This document shows positions 11,028 to 19,659 of a stretch of DNA of 64,000 nucleotides, piece by piece. Location: assembly GCA_036339585.1 (NCBI GenBank), contig JAYZAS010000004.1, positions 318,773 to 382,772 on the forward strand. The letters run 5' to 3'. Every line of letters starts with the position of its first letter. The first letter of the stretch is position 1. A program made the position numbers and the translations under genes. Source of the stretch: Pseudomonadota bacterium. GTDB lineage: Bacteria > Pseudomonadota > Alphaproteobacteria > UBA8366. Below the pieces are notes generated by a model. That model made no database searches. It was not told where the DNA came from and was given only the letters and a program-made list of their open reading frames with translations.

Positions 11028-12436
11028 AGAGATTTCCCCGCTGCGGCTGCCGTACTACTGATAATTCTCTTTTCCAAATCTACCTTGCCTGAAAGGCTAT
11101 TTGTCATAACTCCCGCGATGTGAACCTCTGCAATTTTACCCAAAAAGCTGTCCGGGGCATGGGCGTGTACCGGGTGCATATAAGGAGATCGCCCCCAAAT
11201 TTGCCCAACTTGTCTACCCTGTCTTTCGAAAAGAACTTTGAGCTTTTTTCCCTTCTGCGCCGAGAGGAAAGCATCCTGCTGTGCACGCAACAATTGCTGC
11301 AAGCCGGCAAGGCGCTCCGCCGCCACACTATCCTCAACCTGACCAACAATGTCCGCGGCTGGCGTGCCAGGCCTGGCACTATACTTAAAGGAATAAGCCT
11401 GCGCGTATCCAACTTCATTGACCATTTTTATGGTTCTAGCGAAGTCTTTGTCCTCTTCACCGGGGAAGCCAACGATAAAGTCGGAGGAAAGAGCGATTTC
11501 CGGACGTGCTTTACGCAGCTTTTCTACTGTGTAGTAATAGTCTTTGGCATTATGGCGCCTATTCATTGCTGCGAGTATTTTATCGGAGCCAGACTGCGCT
11601 GGTAAATGAAGAAAAGGCATAAGCTGGGGTACTGCCCGATGAGCGTCTATTAACTCATCATCAACATCCTTAGGGTGACTTGTCGTATAGCGAATACGAT
11701 CAATACCCTCGATCTCGGCCAAATAACAAATCAATCTACCAAGCTTCCATTCTCCCCCAGAAGGGGACTCTCCGTGCCAAGCATTTACATTCTGTCCCAA
11801 AAGAGTAATTTCACGCGCACCATCGGCCACTAAACGACGAGCCTCCTTCGCAATTGAAATTGCTGAGCGAGACTGCTCGGCACCCCGGGTGTACGGAACA
11901 ACGCAAAAAGTACAGAACCGGTCACACCCCTCTTGTATTGTGAGGAATTTTGATGGGCCACCATGTTGCCTCCCCTCGACAAGATAGTCGAATTTATCTT
12001 CGACAGGGAAATCTGTATCGACAATACGTTTGCCGCTTGCAATGATGTTCTGGATCATAAACGGCAATCGGTGATAGGTTTGCGGCCCAAATACTAGATC
12101 CACAGTTGGCGCACGCTCAAGTATCTGCTGGCCCTCGGCTTGAGCAACACAACCTGCAACAGCAATCAGTATTTTTGAGCCCTGCTCTTTCCTTTTTGTT
12201 TTTAACTTTGTAAGGCGCCCAAGCTCTGAATAAACTTTTTCTTCCGCCTTTTCGCGAATGTGACACGTGTTCAATATAATTAGATCGGCACCACTCAGAT
12301 GCTCAGTTTTTGAATAACCTGCAAGCTTCAATAAATCTACCATCCTATCAGAGTCGTAGACATTCATTTGGCAGCCATAGGTTTTGATGAAAACCGATTT
12401 GCCCAAGTTCACCCCCCCACCAGGCATGCACCACAA
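11024..12436 (-). CDS. miaB: tRNA-2-methylthio-N6-dimethylallyladenosine synthase
   Basis: N-terminal FIKTYGCQMN, radical-SAM CDRFCTFCVVPYTRG, and a TRAM-like C-terminus. Confidence 0.93.
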   Translation of the reverse strand: MWCMPGGGVNLGKSVFIKTYGCQMNVYDSDRMVDLLKLAGYSKTEHLSGADLIILNTCHIREKAEEKVYSELGRLTKLKTKRKEQGSKILIAVAGCVAQAEGQQILERAPTVDLVFGPQTYHRLPFMIQNIIASGKRIVDTDFPVEDKFDYLVEGRQHGGPSKFLTIQEGCDRFCTFCVVPYTRGAEQSRSAISIAKEARRLVADGAREITLLGQNVNAWHGESPSGGEWKLGRLICYLAEIEGIDRIRYTTSHPKDVDDELIDAHRAVPQLMPFLHLPAQSGSDKILAAMNRRHNAKDYYYTVEKLRKARPEIALSSDFIVGFPGEEDKDFARTIKMVNEVGYAQAYSFKYSARPGTPAADIVGQVEDSVAAERLAGLQQLLRAQQDAFLSAQKGKKLKVLFERQGRQVGQIWGRSPYMHPVHAHAPDSFLGKIAEVHIAGVMTNSLSGKVDLEKRIISSTAAAAGKSL

Positions 12437-12632
12437 ATAATTCTTATCATATACAAGACGTTCAGGGTGGGGCGCATCATGATCAAGCCACTTCCAAATT
12501 TAAAACAAGTTACCGTAAAAGGCTTCATACAATAAAAATCCTAGACTTTCACATGTAAGATTGGCTTGCAAGCAAACCTTATCATTAATTACTTGCAAAG
12601 AAGGGCCGCGCATACAGCAAACAGCGCGTCAA

Positions 12633-13415
12633 CTAGAGTCTCCCCGACAGCGCATCTGAAAGGCCGTTCGCCACTCTCTGTTCACAATGTTCTGACAGTT
12701 CCTTACGCGAGCCAAAATTCGTCAAACGGACAGGCGGATGAAAAATAATATCCACGCCAAGACGCCCAGAACCCAACAGTGACCAAAAGTGGTTAAACAT
12801 GACCATATCGCCATACCAAGCGAACAGAGGGCGCAGGCGACGACCCAGCGTTATGCCATTAAGTGTAGTGTAAGCAATAGTGATTGGTTGTACTGCAACA
12901 CCCTGACCATTCAGGGTCCAGTCAGCAGCACTGAAAAGAGCGCTCTTAAATTGTCGGGTGAATGTTCCGTTGTTACTGGTCCCCTCGGGGAAGAGGATTA
13001 GGCTGTCTCTATCGTCCAACCGTTTGTATAGCTGTTTTCGTTGTACTAGTGCTTTCCGCCAGTCCCGGTCTATAAAGATTGTTCGCTGAAGGCTGCATAA
13101 AAGTCCAAACATTGGCCAATTTTTAATCTCGGATTTAGCAATAAAAGTAGCATCGATTAGAGAACCTAGAGCTGGAATATCAAGGTACGATGTGTGATTG
13201 GCAACAAAAAAAGTTGGCGATTCCGATGAGATGCTTCCATGATGACACACTCTCATCCCTATTGCCCAACGACATAACTTGTGCCACATGTGACCCAACT
13301 TATAACCCGAGCGAAAACCGATAAGTCGCAATGGCCCTTGAACTAATACAATAATAGCAAAGATGACCAATAAACTGGCCGATCGCCGTAGCGCAAGAAG
13401 ATGGGACGTTGCCAT
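12633..13415 (-). CDS. olsA: lysophospholipid (lyso-ornithine lipid) O-acyltransferase, PlsC family
   Basis: HX4D motif NHTSYLD and FPEGT box, with an N-terminal TM helix. It starts 20 nt downstream of an OlsB-like gene. The symbol rests on this pairing. Confidence 0.65.
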   Translation of the reverse strand: MATSHLLALRRSASLLVIFAIIVLVQGPLRLIGFRSGYKLGHMWHKLCRWAIGMRVCHHGSISSESPTFFVANHTSYLDIPALGSLIDATFIAKSEIKNWPMFGLLCSLQRTIFIDRDWRKALVQRKQLYKRLDDRDSLILFPEGTSNNGTFTRQFKSALFSAADWTLNGQGVAVQPITIAYTTLNGITLGRRLRPLFAWYGDMVMFNHFWSLLGSGRLGVDIIFHPPVRLTNFGSRKELSEHCEQRVANGLSDALSGRL

Positions 13416-13435
13416 AAATACCTTTTCCTCCTCGT

Positions 13436-14293
13436 CTATATCGCCTGAAAATTAGAGCCACGACGTTCGAAATATCGAGCATATTTCTCTTTTATAAGTT
13501 TGGTCTGAACGACAATACAAACATCCGTTGTCTGAAATTGCTCGTCAATAACTGCCCCATCACCCACAAATCCCCCTATCCTGAGGTAACCTTTGATCAG
13601 CGGTGGCACCGATTTGAGGCCTGTCTTTTGGTCAATTTCTCCGATCAGACTCTGGTTCATCTCTATGTGCCGCTGAGGTAGGGCGCGCGGTCGTATTTCT
13701 TCGGGTGCCAGATGATAGTGATAAAGATACGACAGTGGAATTTTAAGAGTAGTCGGGTCACAACCAGGAATACTTCCACACCCGAACAAAAATCGGATAT
13801 TATGGGCAACACAGTAAGCCGTTATCCCTTCCCACAAAAGATTGATTACCCGCCTGTCGCGATAATCTGCATTGACACAAGACCTGCCCAGCTCAAGTAT
13901 CTCGTCGGGCAATCTAGTTAAGACGTTGATGTCGTATTCACTTGCCGAATAGAAGCCTCCGCATGATTTTGCAGCACTCCGGCGAATTAGACGGTAAGTC
14001 CCAACGACCGCTTCAGGACCCCGCCCTAATTCACTATCAAATACTAATAAGTGGTCAGCAAAGTTATCATATTCGTCAAAGTCCCGTTTCCGCATAGCCA
14101 TTTCCATTGTGGGGCGTGCTTGCATTTCTTCATAGAAAATCCGGTAACGAAGCGCGAGTGCGGCATTTATTTCCCCCATATCGCGTGCTAATCGAACCGA
14201 AAGACTTCCCTTTACGATCTCAAAATCAGAAGAACAACTCTCGTGGGTTGCAGAAGAAGCATTAAAAGTGGACTGGGGAATGGATTGGGTCAT
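13436..14293 (-). CDS. olsB: GNAT-fold ornithine N-acyltransferase (OlsB-like)
   Basis: 285 aa; LRYRIFYEEM..., FDEYDNFADHLLV and GTYRLI resemble OlsB/hemolysin-like acyltransferases. Paired with a PlsC-family gene. Confidence 0.65.
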   Translation of the reverse strand: MTQSIPQSTFNASSATHESCSSDFEIVKGSLSVRLARDMGEINAALALRYRIFYEEMQARPTMEMAMRKRDFDEYDNFADHLLVFDSELGRGPEAVVGTYRLIRRSAAKSCGGFYSASEYDINVLTRLPDEILELGRSCVNADYRDRRVINLLWEGITAYCVAHNIRFLFGCGSIPGCDPTTLKIPLSYLYHYHLAPEEIRPRALPQRHIEMNQSLIGEIDQKTGLKSVPPLIKGYLRIGGFVGDGAVIDEQFQTTDVCIVVQTKLIKEKYARYFERRGSNFQAI

Positions 14294-14378
14294 CTTACAA
14301 CGGTAATTTCAAACTACCCTAGCTTAGGCTATTTAATTGTGTCATTTAATGGAAGATTTTGCCTAATGCCCTCTATTT

Positions 14379-14795
14379 TTATTTTTTTATTTTGAGCGGC
14401 CTCGCATACAATTCTAAGCGATGATCAACGAGCTCATAGCCCAGAGATTTAGCAAGTTTCTCGCGAAGTTTTTCCATCGCAGCATCATGAAAACAAAACA
14501 CCTCACCACTTTCCACATCAATTAGGTGATCGTGGTGATCATCTGAAGACTCCTCGTAACGTGCTTTGCCGTCACCAAAATCACGACGTGTAACTATTCC
14601 AGATTCTTCAAACAACCGAACTGTTCGGTAAACGGTAGCCAAACTTATCCGTGGGTCCACTTCGGAAGCTCTAGAAAAAACCTGGTCAACATTGGGATGA
14701 TCGTCTGATTCCGCCAAAACTTGCGCAATTATCCGCCGTTGCCCCGTCATTTTAAGGCCCTTTTTCTCGCAGAGCCGCTCTATTGGTGCGCCCAT
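14379..14795 (-). CDS. fur: ferric uptake regulator, alphaproteobacterial type
   Basis: Contains RLCEKKGLKMTGQRRIIAQVL, ISLATVYRTVRLFEESGIV and HHDHLIDVESGEV. I set the start at ATG 14795 (AGGAAG 4 nt upstream) rather than the TTG at 14834. Confidence 0.85.
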   Translation of the reverse strand: MGAPIERLCEKKGLKMTGQRRIIAQVLAESDDHPNVDQVFSRASEVDPRISLATVYRTVRLFEESGIVTRRDFGDGKARYEESSDDHHDHLIDVESGEVFCFHDAAMEKLREKLAKSLGYELVDHRLELYARPLKIKK

Positions 14796-14895
14796 GGGCT
14801 TCCTACTCTCCGAATATCGGCCAAAACCATGCAAGGGTGGCCGGCAAACTGAATATGCACCGAAGTATTTGTTGCACGATGCGAAAAACCTACTC

Positions 14896-15327
14896 CTACA
14901 TCTCTATACGCCTACGTGATCTAGTGCCAAGACCAATTTCTTTTGCCAAACGACTACGCTGTTTTGCATAATTGGGGGCCACCATGGGATAATCTGGAGA
15001 CAAACCCCAACGCTCCCTATACTCTTCTGGCGTCATGTCATAGGCCGTTTTAAGGTGCCGTTTGAGCATCTTTAGTTTTTTACCATCTTCCAAACAAACG
15101 ATATAATCAGGTGTGATTGACTTTTTAAGCGGCACCGCCGGCGTTGGACGGTCGCCAGCGCTCAAATCAACCCCACCAATAGACGCCAGTGTCCGATATA
15201 TCTGCTCAATCAATCCCGGAAGGTCTGAAATAGCCACAGTGTTATTTGACACATGTGCGGCTACAATCTCCGAAGTATAACCCAGAAGATCCTCCCGCTT
15301 TACTTCGGTGGCCGAAGACTCGGTCAT
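14896..15327 (-). CDS. mucR: MucR/Ros-family zinc-finger transcriptional regulator
   Basis: Contains ITPDYIVCLEDGKKLKMLKRHLKTAYDMTPEEYRERWGLSPDYPMVAPNYA, the Ros/MucR signature region. Confidence 0.9.
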   Translation of the reverse strand: MTESSATEVKREDLLGYTSEIVAAHVSNNTVAISDLPGLIEQIYRTLASIGGVDLSAGDRPTPAVPLKKSITPDYIVCLEDGKKLKMLKRHLKTAYDMTPEEYRERWGLSPDYPMVAPNYAKQRSRLAKEIGLGTRSRRRIEM

Positions 15328-15561
15328 TTTTGTTTGCCCCTGTTCTTGTTATTACCACGTGTGTGGCTGCCATCGGCCAAATACCAAACGGCGTGTGTTG
15401 TCGAATTATTGATCTTTCGACTTAAAACCCTTGTTAAAGACTATAGACTAAAAAATGTCACTAATCATCAAGAAATATTACTAACTATCGTTGTAACAAT
15501 CAAAGACTTCAAACATCAAAAGATTGTTACTTTTTTTATTACCATACACAACAATCTAATT

Positions 15562-16026
15562 TCATAGAACTATTTTCATCACTAAAGCGTCAACTTGGGA
15601 ACGGTCAGCGCGTCGATAGTACCCCTTGCGGCGAGCGATCGTTTTGAAATTCATCTTCTTGTAAAAGGTTAAAGCAGCGTTGTTATCAATTCCAACCTCT
15701 AGATACAAAGAAGCTGCACATTTATCCCGCGCACAACTCAACACCTCTTGCATTAAAGCTTTAGCTACACCGCGCCGACGAAACCTAGGCGAGACTCCAA
15801 GGCTAAGAACTTCAGCCTCATCACAAACAATACGCGCCAAAGCGAACCCAGCGGGTATTATTAAATCGCTATCTGAAATTTCTGCCAACAGAGCCCAGCA
15901 TCCTGGGGGCCGAAGCAAATTTTCAATGGAAACAAGAGGCCAAGGTTCATCAAAACATTCACGATAGAGATCCGCCAAAGCCGGCCAAGACGCTTGCTCA
16001 GAAGGAACCACTACGATACCAGACAC
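15562..16026 (-). CDS. rimI: ribosomal-protein-alanine N-acetyltransferase
   Basis: GNAT fold with RRRGVAKALM. It follows tsaB directly (8-nt gap), as in the conserved tsaB-rimI pair. Confidence 0.8.
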   Translation of the reverse strand: MSGIVVVPSEQASWPALADLYRECFDEPWPLVSIENLLRPPGCWALLAEISDSDLIIPAGFALARIVCDEAEVLSLGVSPRFRRRGVAKALMQEVLSCARDKCAASLYLEVGIDNNAALTFYKKMNFKTIARRKGYYRRADRSQVDALVMKIVL

Positions 16027-16033
16027 AAACCCG

Positions 16034-16723
16034 CTACTTTCTGGCCAAAACAGTTACGCTAGGCGCTCGCAAATACAGTGGTTCGGGGTCGGCGTAAACG
16101 CCACTGTCAAAGCGCTTGCTGGCTAATTCAGCAAATTCCATGGCTACCGGTTCCACATCGCCAAAAAGACGCGAGGGCTCCCGGCCAAAGTCGACTAACT
16201 TTTGATCTAAACGTTCTGCTCCATCACCAATGAGTGTTATCGGTTCATCTGGCAATCGTATCTGGATTTCTTCCGCTGTCAGTGCCATTGGGCCCTGAAC
16301 TGGCTCTTTGTTTTCTGAAAAAATCTGGGCATAAAAGTCCTCTCGCTTGGTCTCAAGTACAACTAATGTTGGTCCTTTGCTTTTAGGTGCCTGCCAGAAA
16401 ACAACGTCAAAGTTTGTCAAACCGATGACGGGTAGCCGACGAGGTAATGCTAGGGCTCTAGCCATTGCGAGCCCTATACGTATTCCCGTGAAGGTGCCAG
16501 GCCCAATTGTTACTGCAATCGCACTTAAGTCACCCGCATCAATATCGCTGCCATCGTATTTCTCAAAAACCTCTGATATCATGGGAGCGAGAGCCTCAGA
16601 GTGGCCACGTGACATTACCTGAAAACACGAACAAACTACTTTTCCGTTAGCCCAAAGCGCTACTGAGCATGCATTTGCAGACGTATCAAAGACAAGAATT
16701 TTTTTGGATTTATCCAAACTCAA
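16034..16723 (-). CDS. tsaB: tRNA t6A37 synthesis protein TsaB
   Basis: Contains ILVFDTS...CSVAL and GPGTFTGIRIGLAMARALA. The start is non-ATG (TTG) and uncertain by a few codons. Confidence 0.85.
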   Translation of the reverse strand: MSLDKSKKILVFDTSANACSVALWANGKVVCSCFQVMSRGHSEALAPMISEVFEKYDGSDIDAGDLSAIAVTIGPGTFTGIRIGLAMARALALPRRLPVIGLTNFDVVFWQAPKSKGPTLVVLETKREDFYAQIFSENKEPVQGPMALTAEEIQIRLPDEPITLIGDGAERLDQKLVDFGREPSRLFGDVEPVAMEFAELASKRFDSGVYADPEPLYLRAPSVTVLARK

Positions 16724-16810
16724 AAATATCCCATAACTAATATATCCGTTCTAATATTTTAAACTTGACACACTTGTTTAAACAGATTTTTTTGCTAAAC
16801 GGTATCGGCA

Positions 16811-17863
16811 ATGAACCTTTTAAGAAAAATTAAAAACAAACTTTATCACGGACTGTTGTGTTCGATTTTAATGGGGCCCATTTTATTTGTCTCGCCTTCG
16901 GATGTCCTTGCTTCGAATTCTGCGATTGTTCTTCTTTACCACAGGTTTTCAAGTCCCGTTCAATCTGGAACTTCACTCAGTAAAGACAACTTTTCTGACC
17001 ACATCAGAGAGCTATCGTCGGGTAATTATGCCGTCTTGCCGCTCGCTCAACTGATAAAAAAGTTAGATGTAGGTACAACGCTGCCAAAACGCTCTGTTGT
17101 TATCACAATTGATGATGCATATGAGTCTTTCCTAAGTATTGCTTGGCCATTGCTGAAAGAAGCAGGCCTACCAGCAACTCTTTTTTTGACAACTCAGCCT
17201 ATTAACTCTGGGAAAAAGGGCTACTTAAACTGGTCTCAAATTAAAACATTGACCAAAGAAGGCGTTTCGATCGGATTGAAGGCACATAGTCAGAGGCGCT
17301 TAGCAACGCTCACACCGCAGGAGGTGGTACGTGAAATTAGAACTGCTCGCGCTCTCATTTCTAAAAATCTTGGTGTAAAACCCATAGCTTTTGCATTTCC
17401 TTACGGACTGGCCAGCGAATCAGCGCAAAAAGTAGTGCGAGCGGAGGGTTACAAAGCAGGCTTTGGTCAACACTCTGGCGTCCTGCACCGAAAAACCTAT
17501 CGGTATTACCTGCCGCGCTTTTCTTTTACAGATGCATATGGTGATATTGACAGATTTAAAACAGTTGTAAATGCACTGGAATTGCCAGTTGTCGACCTTA
17601 CGCCAAGTAATCCATTATTATCACCTGATATAAACCCACCGAACATAGGTTTTACCATTCTACCAAAAGTCAACAATCTCGACAGCTTAGCATGCTACCA
17701 TTCAAAATTTGGTAAGATTAAAACACAGAAACTTGGATCAAGCCGAATAGAAATTCGATTTGGGGAACCGTTCTCAAAAGGACGTTCTCGTATTAATTGT
17801 ACTATTCGAACTGAAGACGGCCGTTGGCGTTGGTTTGGAATGCAATATTACCTTCCAAAGTAG
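16811..17863 (+). CDS. polysaccharide deacetylase (NodB homology) family protein, secreted
   Basis: N-terminal signal-like segment and a NodB-type VVITIDDAY motif. An extra C-terminal region of about 110 aa has no similarity I can recognise. Confidence 0.8.
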   Translation: MNLLRKIKNKLYHGLLCSILMGPILFVSPSDVLASNSAIVLLYHRFSSPVQSGTSLSKDNFSDHIRELSSGNYAVLPLAQLIKKLDVGTTLPKRSVVITIDDAYESFLSIAWPLLKEAGLPATLFLTTQPINSGKKGYLNWSQIKTLTKEGVSIGLKAHSQRRLATLTPQEVVREIRTARALISKNLGVKPIAFAFPYGLASESAQKVVRAEGYKAGFGQHSGVLHRKTYRYYLPRFSFTDAYGDIDRFKTVVNALELPVVDLTPSNPLLSPDINPPNIGFTILPKVNNLDSLACYHSKFGKIKTQKLGSSRIEIRFGEPFSKGRSRINCTIRTEDGRWRWFGMQYYLPK

Positions 17864-17888
17864 ACGCGCTGCTGACAGAAAACTTTAT

Positions 17889-18461
17889 TTAGAAACCAAC
17901 AGCCCTCACCTCTACCACCTCTGGAATATAATGCTTTAGCATATTTTCAATCCCCATTTTCAAAGTAGCTGTTGAACTTGGGCAACCGGCACATGCGCCC
18001 TGCATCTGAAGGTAGACTATTCCTCCATCGAAGCTGTCAAATACAATATCTCCACCATCCATAGCCACAGCTGGACGCACTCTTGTGTCAATCAACTCCT
18101 TGATTTGTCCTATAATTTCTACATCATCCCCTTCTGTTTCCGCAGCAGCATCATGATCTTGCGATAGCGCGCTTTCATTTAAAATTGGCAAACCTGCCGT
18201 GAAATGCTCCATGATAGCGCCTAAAACTGTGGGCTTGAGGACATGCCATTCTTTTGAATCGCTTTTGGTAACCGTTATAAAATCTGACCCAAAAAAAACG
18301 CCTTCAATCCCGTCAATATTGAATATACGTAAGGCTAAGGGTGATTTTTTTTCAGCGTCGGTAATCGTCGTAAAATCAGCAGTGCCGCTATTGATTACCT
18401 CTCGCCCAGGCAAAAATTTCATTGTTGCCGGATTGGGAGTTTCTTCGGTCTGAATGAACAT
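17889..18461 (-). CDS. NifU/Nfu-family Fe-S cluster protein
   Basis: Nfu N-domain (MFIQTEETPNPATMKFLPG) plus a NifU C-domain with CAGCPSS. Confidence 0.85.
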   Translation of the reverse strand: MFIQTEETPNPATMKFLPGREVINSGTADFTTITDAEKKSPLALRIFNIDGIEGVFFGSDFITVTKSDSKEWHVLKPTVLGAIMEHFTAGLPILNESALSQDHDAAAETEGDDVEIIGQIKELIDTRVRPAVAMDGGDIVFDSFDGGIVYLQMQGACAGCPSSTATLKMGIENMLKHYIPEVVEVRAVGF

Positions 18462-18564
18462 AGCTAGTCTCCTTTAGCATTTTTAGCTATCGATTTTTGA
18501 CAGGTTTGTTCTGTAACAGAGATGGGCTTTCCGCGTGGCGGGGTCAAGCAAAAACCTCAATCCA

Positions 18565-19569
18565 TCAATAGGACCGAAATCCCACCGCTCGAAAAACCTT
18601 TTCCATCACTGGTCTCGAAACATCTATCGCGCGTTCGCTTCCATTAGCAAGGATCCCATCAATATGCTCTGGTTCTGAGAGCAGTTTACTCATTTCTTTG
18701 TTGATTGGCTCGAGGACAGACACTGCAAGGTCGGTCAGATCCCTCTTAAAATCTGAAAATTGCTTGCCGGAATTAATTGATATAGAATCTTCTCTGCTTA
18801 TGCCGGCAAACGCAGCATAAATGCTGATCAAGTTGTCGGCTTCTGGCCGCCCCGATAGATCTGCAATAGAATCGGGTAAGGGGTTTGGGTCAGTCTTTGC
18901 CTTGCGAATTTTTTGAGCAACTGCGTCTGCGCTATCACTCAGGTTGATCCGACTCAAATCTGAGGGATCAGATTTGGACATCTTCCTAGCACCGTCTCGA
19001 AGGGACATTACCCTTGTTGCCTCACCCATGATTAGCGGTTCTGGTAGCGGAAAGAAATCAGACCCATAGTCACTATTGAATTTTTGAGCGATGTCACGGG
19101 CTAATTCTAAATGTTGTTTCTGGTCCTCCCCAACCGGTACGTGAGTGGCTCGATAGACTAAGATATCCGCAGCCATAAGGTTAGGATATGTGTACAACCC
19201 TACCGAAGCATTCTCTCGATTTTTCCCAGCCTTTTCCTTAAATTGTGTCATTCTATTAAGCCAGCCTAACCTAGCAACACAATTGAGTATCCAAGAGAGG
19301 TTCGCGTGGTCTGGGTTACTGCTTTGATTGAAAAGAATTTGAGTTTTTGGGTCAATACCGGCAGCAATAAGAGCTGCCGCAACCTCTCGTGTATTTTCAG
19401 CAAGCACGCTTGGATCCTGCCAGACCGTTATGGCGTGCATATCAACGATGCAGAAAATGCATTCAAATCTTTCCTGTAACGCAATCCAATTACGGACTGC
19501 TCCTAAATAATTACCAATGTGTAAATTTCCAGTTGGCTGGATACCTGAAAATACCAGTTTCATTTTCAC
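18565..19569 (-). CDS. trpS: tryptophan--tRNA ligase
   Basis: Class I signatures [15 protein letters not shown] (HIGH) and KMSKS. Confidence 0.95.
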   Translation of the reverse strand: MKMKLVFSGIQPTGNLHIGNYLGAVRNWIALQERFECIFCIVDMHAITVWQDPSVLAENTREVAAALIAAGIDPKTQILFNQSSNPDHANLSWILNCVARLGWLNRMTQFKEKAGKNRENASVGLYTYPNLMAADILVYRATHVPVGEDQKQHLELARDIAQKFNSDYGSDFFPLPEPLIMGEATRVMSLRDGARKMSKSDPSDLSRINLSDSADAVAQKIRKAKTDPNPLPDSIADLSGRPEADNLISIYAAFAGISREDSISINSGKQFSDFKRDLTDLAVSVLEPINKEMSKLLSEPEHIDGILANGSERAIDVSRPVMEKVFRAVGFRSY

Positions 19570-19659
19570 AGCTTTCAGCTCTTAGGTGTTAATACGATGT
19601 ATTTTTAAAGACCCTTTTGACCTCAGGAAACAATACGCAAAAATCACAAAACTTGAATT

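Noticed and set aside
12561-12576. Near-perfect 16-bp palindrome TTGGCTTGCAAGCAAA (core GCTTGCAAGC) between olsA and miaB
   Set aside because: There is no usable loop and no U tract, so it is not a terminator. A single short palindrome in 64 kb is within chance expectation, and I know of no matching operator consensus.
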